IMG/VR virus record: IMGVR_UViG_3300029959_000004 | Coordinates: 1 to 64,000 of that record | Length of the DNA stretch: 64,000 nucleotides | Strand: one strand, 5' to 3' | From: a virus | Part shown: one piece after another, positions 58,958-64,000 of the stretch | How positions within the stretch are numbered: the first letter of the stretch is position 1 | How the letters are laid out: each line of letters begins with the position of its first letter | Made by a program: the position numbers and the translations under genes | The notes under the pieces: generated by a model | Told to the model about the DNA's origin: nothing | The model's database searches: none | What the model saw: the letters and a program-made list of their open reading frames with translations, nothing else

Positions 58958-60634
58958 ATGACAGAGAAAAATACAAGTGTTAGAAAGAAGATGAATCCAA
59001 CCTTAGCTTGGCTGTGGGATATGATGAGTTTTTATGTATCTGATGAGATAAAAATACCTACAACTTTTAGAGAACAAGTAGAACAAGTAAAAAGTGTTTT
59101 ATCTAGCGATACCTCAGGTATAGTAAACTCGGTATTAGACTTTGCTATTAACAGTGCTTCTGTAGACTATACTATTGAAACTGATAACGAAAATTTTACT
59201 GCAATTATAAGTGAATGGTTTAAAAGAATAAATATATCTTCTTTGGGTAGAGTCCCAACAGGAATAAAAGCATTAGCGAAAGAAAATTTTAGAGAAAGAT
59301 GGAAGAATTCTTCTCTTATTTTATTAAGAACTGTTTGGGATAATATTGAAATAAACGGTACTTCTTTATATATGCCTGTTAAAATGTGGTTTGTGGACGG
59401 AGGTAATATTCAGGTAACTGACGACAATTCTACTAGAATTATTGGGGAAGAGAATTATTATTTAAGAGTAGATAGTAATGAGAAACATAATAAATTACTA
59501 CCAACTTCTAAAGATGAATATATTTTTATTCAAAAACCTTTTAATTCTTGGTCTAGTCTTGAACCGACTCCTTTTATTATACAAAGAGGTTTGTATAAGA
59601 ATCTAAAATTATTTGATTTATTGAGTAAAAAAGGAGAAAAGTTTATAGCAAAAGCTTTAGAATATTTATTGATGTTGAAGAAAGGTTCTGAGAAATTAAC
59701 TGTAGATGGAGGGTCTGAGTATAATTACAGTGAAGAAGATTTGAAAAAAGTTAAAGATGATTTTAAAACATTAGTGAACAATAATAAATCAGAATCTGGA
59801 ACTCCAACATATGTTACTAATTTTGATACTATGTTAGAACATATATCTCCCGATTATAAGTTAGTAATGAATAGTGAAATATATGGGCCCATAGAAAAAC
59901 GTATTTTAGCCGGTTTGGGTTTAATAGATATAGTTGAAGGAACATCTGCTAGTAGACGTGAATCTATTTTAAATCCTAAACCTTTTATAAGAGAAGTAAA
60001 AACTGGGATTTCAGATTTTACAAGTCTCTTAACTGATATTATGATTATGATTCGTGAGAAGAACGAAGCAAAACATCCTAAATTCTTTGGAGAAAAAATA
60101 CAGTTTCATTATACTCCAATAGAAGATTTTATAAATGACAATCTAAGAGATCATTTACGTAGTTGTTATGACAGAGGAGTTATTTCTCAACAGACTTATG
60201 CTGAAGTAGTTGGGCAAACTGATTTTGATATTGAAATAACTAGAAGAAAATTAGAGAAGTCTGAAAAAATAGATAAACTTATGTATCCTCATCTTACTCA
60301 GAATATAGAAGATAAATCAAATGTTGAAGATTTTCCTTCTAAAAATAATGATAATATTTCTTCTGATAAAAAAGGAATAGAAAAAAAGAATTATAAAGGT
60401 AATGAAGAGGAAGAAAATTTAACTGTAGAAGAAATAGAAATTTTAAATAAATTAGAAATATCTGATGAAGAATTAGAGGAAAGTGTTATTGTAAAGAAAA
60501 AAGACGGTTGGCACGTAATTTCTGAAAAAACAAATAAAAATTTAGGTGGTCCCTATAAAACTCGTAAACAAGCCGTAAAGAGACTCCGACAAATAGAATT
60601 TTTTAAGCATAAAGGGGAAGAATCAAATGAATGA
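58958..60634 (+). CDS. Probable portal protein
   Basis: 558 aa, directly after terL and before the protease and capsid genes. Confidence 0.7.
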   Translation: MTEKNTSVRKKMNPTLAWLWDMMSFYVSDEIKIPTTFREQVEQVKSVLSSDTSGIVNSVLDFAINSASVDYTIETDNENFTAIISEWFKRINISSLGRVPTGIKALAKENFRERWKNSSLILLRTVWDNIEINGTSLYMPVKMWFVDGGNIQVTDDNSTRIIGEENYYLRVDSNEKHNKLLPTSKDEYIFIQKPFNSWSSLEPTPFIIQRGLYKNLKLFDLLSKKGEKFIAKALEYLLMLKKGSEKLTVDGGSEYNYSEEDLKKVKDDFKTLVNNNKSESGTPTYVTNFDTMLEHISPDYKLVMNSEIYGPIEKRILAGLGLIDIVEGTSASRRESILNPKPFIREVKTGISDFTSLLTDIMIMIREKNEAKHPKFFGEKIQFHYTPIEDFINDNLRDHLRSCYDRGVISQQTYAEVVGQTDFDIEITRRKLEKSEKIDKLMYPHLTQNIEDKSNVEDFPSKNNDNISSDKKGIEKKNYKGNEEEENLTVEEIEILNKLEISDEELEESVIVKKKDGWHVISEKTNKNLGGPYKTRKQAVKRLRQIEFFKHKGEESNE

Positions 60635-62060
60635 TAGAAATAAGTACTTTTTAGAAGACCTTACTTTTAACTCGACATATGAACTGATGGAGTTTTCTAA
60701 AGAGAATGATGAATTAAAAGAAATAGCTATAAAAAGAGGAATACAATTACCTTCTAAAGATATAGCTATTTTTAAATGTACTTATGCTATGATAGATGAA
60801 GAGAATAGAAACGGTTGTACTCTTCCTAAAAAAGAAGTTAAGAAGGCTCTAAAAACTCTTGTAGGTAAAGCTGTAGATAAAGATCATTTAAGAAAATCAA
60901 CTATAGGATATTGGTTAGATGCTCAATTAGATGAAGGAAACATTATAGCTTATGGAGCTTTTTGGAAATCTAACTTTTCTGAAGATTACGAAGAGATAAA
61001 GAAAAGAATGTTGGATGGCTCTATGAAAATTTCCTTTGAAGCTTGGGGGGATAGAACCTTTACAGGAGAGAAAAGTTATGAATTACATAATATAGAATTT
61101 GCTGGTGGAGCTTTGTTATTTGATACAATCCCAGCTTTTCCCGATGCGGAAGTTTTGGAGTTTTCTACTAAAAAAGGTCAGATATTAGAATTCGCTAAAT
61201 TGATAGAAAATGCGAAATCAGAAGAAAAAATTATGAAAGAGGAAGAAATGGAAGAAGCTAAATTAAATTTTTATTATGATCAGGAATTTATTGGAAGAAT
61301 TATGATGGAAACGGAATGTTCTACTTGTAAAGCAAAAGGATTTAATGATATTTTATCTATTGATTTTGAAAATAGTAAGGTGAAGACTAAATGCTATCAA
61401 TGTAACGAAATTGCTTTGTATGATTTAAAACCAAGTTCTAGTATTATAAAGAAAGGTAAAAAACCAGAAACTGCAAAAAAAGACGTAAATATAACAGATA
61501 GTAATGCTAAGGAAAGTGAAATAAAGAAAGAAGGAGGAAACATAGTGGACGAATTGATAAAGAAATATAATAAAGCATCAGTTGAGGAACTCTCCAAGTT
61601 TTTTGATGAAACTTTAGCGTCTCTATCTGCTAAAGAAACAGAAAACGCTACCTTGAAGTCTGAAAAGGAAGCATTAACAAAAACAGTAGAGGAATCAAAG
61701 TTAATTATAGAGAACGCAAAGTTAGAAACGGAAAAGATTAAAACGGAGTTTGCTAATGTTAAAACCGAACTAGACAAGAGAATCTCTACCGAAAAAGCAG
61801 CTTTTGTAAAGGCTCGTAGAGATGAGATCGGTGAAGAGTTTGCTAAAGAATTAAGTGATGAAGATATACAAAATGATTTAAAATTTGAGAATGCAAAGTT
61901 GAAGAAAGAGTTATCTATAGCTAAACAAGAAAAAGGATCGACAACTTCAGGAATGGAAGCTGGTTCTAAGATTAAGGCTGAAGCAAATTCTGAAAGTTTT
62001 AAGAAACAAGAAGCAATACGAGATCAAGCATTTGGAAAAATAGACGAAACAAAGAAATAA
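60627..62060 (+). CDS. Prohead protease / scaffold fusion
   Basis: NRNG, DKDH...IG, KISFEA and FAGGALL...PAF protease-like N-terminus; coiled-coil C-terminus. Confidence 0.75.
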   Translation: MNDRNKYFLEDLTFNSTYELMEFSKENDELKEIAIKRGIQLPSKDIAIFKCTYAMIDEENRNGCTLPKKEVKKALKTLVGKAVDKDHLRKSTIGYWLDAQLDEGNIIAYGAFWKSNFSEDYEEIKKRMLDGSMKISFEAWGDRTFTGEKSYELHNIEFAGGALLFDTIPAFPDAEVLEFSTKKGQILEFAKLIENAKSEEKIMKEEEMEEAKLNFYYDQEFIGRIMMETECSTCKAKGFNDILSIDFENSKVKTKCYQCNEIALYDLKPSSSIIKKGKKPETAKKDVNITDSNAKESEIKKEGGNIVDELIKKYNKASVEELSKFFDETLASLSAKETENATLKSEKEALTKTVEESKLIIENAKLETEKIKTEFANVKTELDKRISTEKAAFVKARRDEIGEEFAKELSDEDIQNDLKFENAKLKKELSIAKQEKGSTTSGMEAGSKIKAEANSESFKKQEAIRDQAFGKIDETKK

Positions 62061-62079
62061 ACGGAGGAAGTTTAAAAAA

Positions 62080-63015
62080 ATGGAAGATTCAAAAATTAAA
62101 TACTCTCAGCTCGAAATGGCTAGAGTCATAGGTGAACCCCTGGATCCCAGGAAACCCTATACTGATGTAGTTGCTGCTGTAGCTGAAACACAATATGCAG
62201 ATCCAAACGAATATGTTTATTATTTTGATGTGTTAAACGAAACAGATACAATTTATACGATTACTTCAGGTGGAAACGTAACTAGTTCAAATGTATCTCC
62301 CGACTCTGCTACTGCTTTTACATTTATTGATGTTGCAACTCCTGAGTATTATGTTAAGATTACTGATTTAGCCTCCTCAAAAGAGTCTACTTTAGCTCGT
62401 AAGTTAAAAACGATTGAAAGAACGTTAAATATGTATGAAAACAAATATATTTTTGATTTAGCTTCTACTGCTACAAGCACTTCAGGTTTTCAGAATACTT
62501 TAACTTCAGGTCAGATGAGATTCTCTTATAATGATTTAATTACGATGGTTCAGCAAGTTGTAGATTACGGTGATAATTATACGTTGTTTGTTGGGTCAGA
62601 GCTTGATACTGATATTAAGTTATGGGATTGGAATGATAATAAATATCATTCTATGATCGCCGCTTTTGGTGATTTAGGCATTACAAAAATACGTATGGGT
62701 ACCGGTAATTTAGCAATTGATAGCGCCACTGGTGTACGTCAGTTGTTAGCTAGTTATGGATATTTAATTGCTAATAGTACTGAAGTTGGAAAACCGTTCT
62801 TGTTTGTTCGTAAACGTTTAAACGATATTGATCTTTTAGGTGGAGCAATTAAGTCCTCTGGTGAAAAACCAGAACGTTTAGTTTTCGTATCTCCTAACCC
62901 GATAGTCGCTTCAGGTGGAACTACTCGTTATTTAGCAGTTGGTGTTACAGGTTTTGAAGAGATCGTTGCGGCTTGTATTAACCCTTACGCTGTTTCAAGA
63001 TTTATTAGAAGCTAA
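62080..63015 (+). CDS. Major capsid protein
   Basis: 311 aa after the scaffold, strong GGAGG RBS, followed by a terminator. Confidence 0.7.
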   Translation: MEDSKIKYSQLEMARVIGEPLDPRKPYTDVVAAVAETQYADPNEYVYYFDVLNETDTIYTITSGGNVTSSNVSPDSATAFTFIDVATPEYYVKITDLASSKESTLARKLKTIERTLNMYENKYIFDLASTATSTSGFQNTLTSGQMRFSYNDLITMVQQVVDYGDNYTLFVGSELDTDIKLWDWNDNKYHSMIAAFGDLGITKIRMGTGNLAIDSATGVRQLLASYGYLIANSTEVGKPFLFVRKRLNDIDLLGGAIKSSGEKPERLVFVSPNPIVASGGTTRYLAVGVTGFEEIVAACINPYAVSRFIRS

Positions 63016-63030
63016 TAGTTAGTATATATA

Positions 63031-63068
63031 GAGAATGGGGAGCCAACTACTCCCCTTCTCAACTTTTT
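63031..63068 (+). terminator. Intrinsic terminator after the capsid gene
   Basis: GAGAAUGGGGAG...CUCCCCUUCUC hairpin followed by a U tract. Confidence 0.7.
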
Positions 63069-63091
63069 AACTTTTAACAAGAGAGGTTTAA

Positions 63092-63532
63092 TTGGTAGAA
63101 GAATATAGATCAAAGTATTTATTTAATATTTTACAATTTTTAAAGAATTTTAAAAACGAAGATTTTTACATTACTGATAATAACGAAAGAAAAACAATTT
63201 ATGATGAGAAAACATTTAAAAAATTTTTAAAAGAAACGCGTTCTGTTCTAATAATAGAAGAAAAAGGTGATATACAAGGAATTATTGGTATTTGGAAATC
63301 TTTCGGTAATGTAGAGAGATTTTATATAAAGTTAAATGCGTCAAATGAGTTAGTAGCTAATAATCTTTTAACAGTACTTTTGTGGAATAATAGAAAATAT
63401 CTTCATATAAAAATTAAAAAAGATTCTTTATTTCTTAAGACTTTTAAGAATAAAGGATTTGAGTTTAGAGGTGATAGAGGTAAAGAGGTTTTACTAATTC
63501 TTAATAATCAGTATAGGAAATCTAATGGATAG
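63092..63532 (+). CDS. GNAT-fold-like protein
   Basis: Beta-rich core, IQGIIGI and FKNKGF end motif. Confidence 0.4.
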   Translation: MVEEYRSKYLFNILQFLKNFKNEDFYITDNNERKTIYDEKTFKKFLKETRSVLIIEEKGDIQGIIGIWKSFGNVERFYIKLNASNELVANNLLTVLLWNNRKYLHIKIKKDSLFLKTFKNKGFEFRGDRGKEVLLILNNQYRKSNG

Positions 63533-64000
63533 TATAATATCTAAAGTCAGAGTTTTAATTGATGATAACTTAACAACTGTTTCAGATTTATTTACTTATG
63601 ATAACAGTGCTATCTTTACCTTAACAGAGAATAATGTTGTAACTATTACTGATGTTTACAAAAACGATATTTCAAGTGCGGTAATTCATACGTATAGTTC
63701 TACTACTGGGAAAGTAACAATATCTTCTTCTCTTACAAGTGGAGATAGTATAAAAGTAGAATATACTTGCTATCAAAATTATTCAGACACGGAAATAACA
63801 GCTTATATACAAGCTGCATTAATACATCTTTCAATAAATAATTATTATAATTTTAATTACGATTCGACTACAGATTCGATATATCCAACTCCAGATGATA
63901 AAGAAGAAAATTTAATAGCTTTAGTTACTAGTATTCTGATTGATCCTGATAATAGAAGTATTAGATTAAAGGATTTAAATATTAGTAACGCAAAAGATTA
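63525..64000 (+). CDS. Partial virion (head-completion/adaptor-like) protein
   Basis: Manual translation MDSIISKVRVLIDD...YSDTEITAYI..., open to the window edge. Confidence 0.5.
   Translation, partial: MDSIISKVRVLIDDNLTTVSDLFTYDNSAIFTLTENNVVTITDVYKNDISSAVIHTYSSTTGKVTISSSLTSGDSIKVEYTCYQNYSDTEITAYIQAALIHLSINNYYNFNYDSTTDSIYPTPDDKEENLIALVTSILIDPDNRSIRLKDLNISNAKD

Noticed and set aside
1-64000. Alternative genetic code
   Set aside because: Known genes are full length under the standard code, with TAA, TGA and TAG all used as stops.

Overview
This is a 64-kb AT-rich segment of a large tailed dsDNA bacteriophage. A bacterial host is indicated by AGGAG ribosome-binding sites, sigma70-type promoters, boxA elements and a peptidoglycan amidase. 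Positions 1-~55,000 are transcribed leftward (- strand). Positions 1-28.5 kb hold nucleotide metabolism, replication and recombination genes: dCMP deaminase, class II RNR, family B polymerase, RecA, prim-pol/helicase, clamp and clamp loader, resolvases and a phage sigma factor. Positions 28.6-55 kb are an accessory/early region. From ~55,500 the + strand carries tRNA-Thr, terminase, portal, protease/scaffold and major capsid genes. Four inteins are present. The two most striking observations are: (1) three hammerhead ribozymes, one each of type II, III and I, in the early transcript. They bracket the phage's own rtcB RNA ligase and a cyclic-phosphate-processing receiver gene, so the excised mRNA segments would carry exactly the 5'-OH and 2',3'-cyclic-phosphate ends that RtcB joins (a possible natural mRNA circularisation or splicing system). 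(2) An array of about 20 small genes with a shared 'FKxGDxV' head, a hypervariable core and a shared C-terminal 'I-[KR]-[PE]-[YF]-x-I-V-x-F-[CM]-[KR]' tail. Several tails are identical at the DNA level, and the array is interleaved with amidoligase/ATP-grasp genes, RuvB and an atypical tyrosine recombinase. Several other unexplained structured non-coding RNAs were also found. All protein calls come from motif recognition by eye; no database searches were run.
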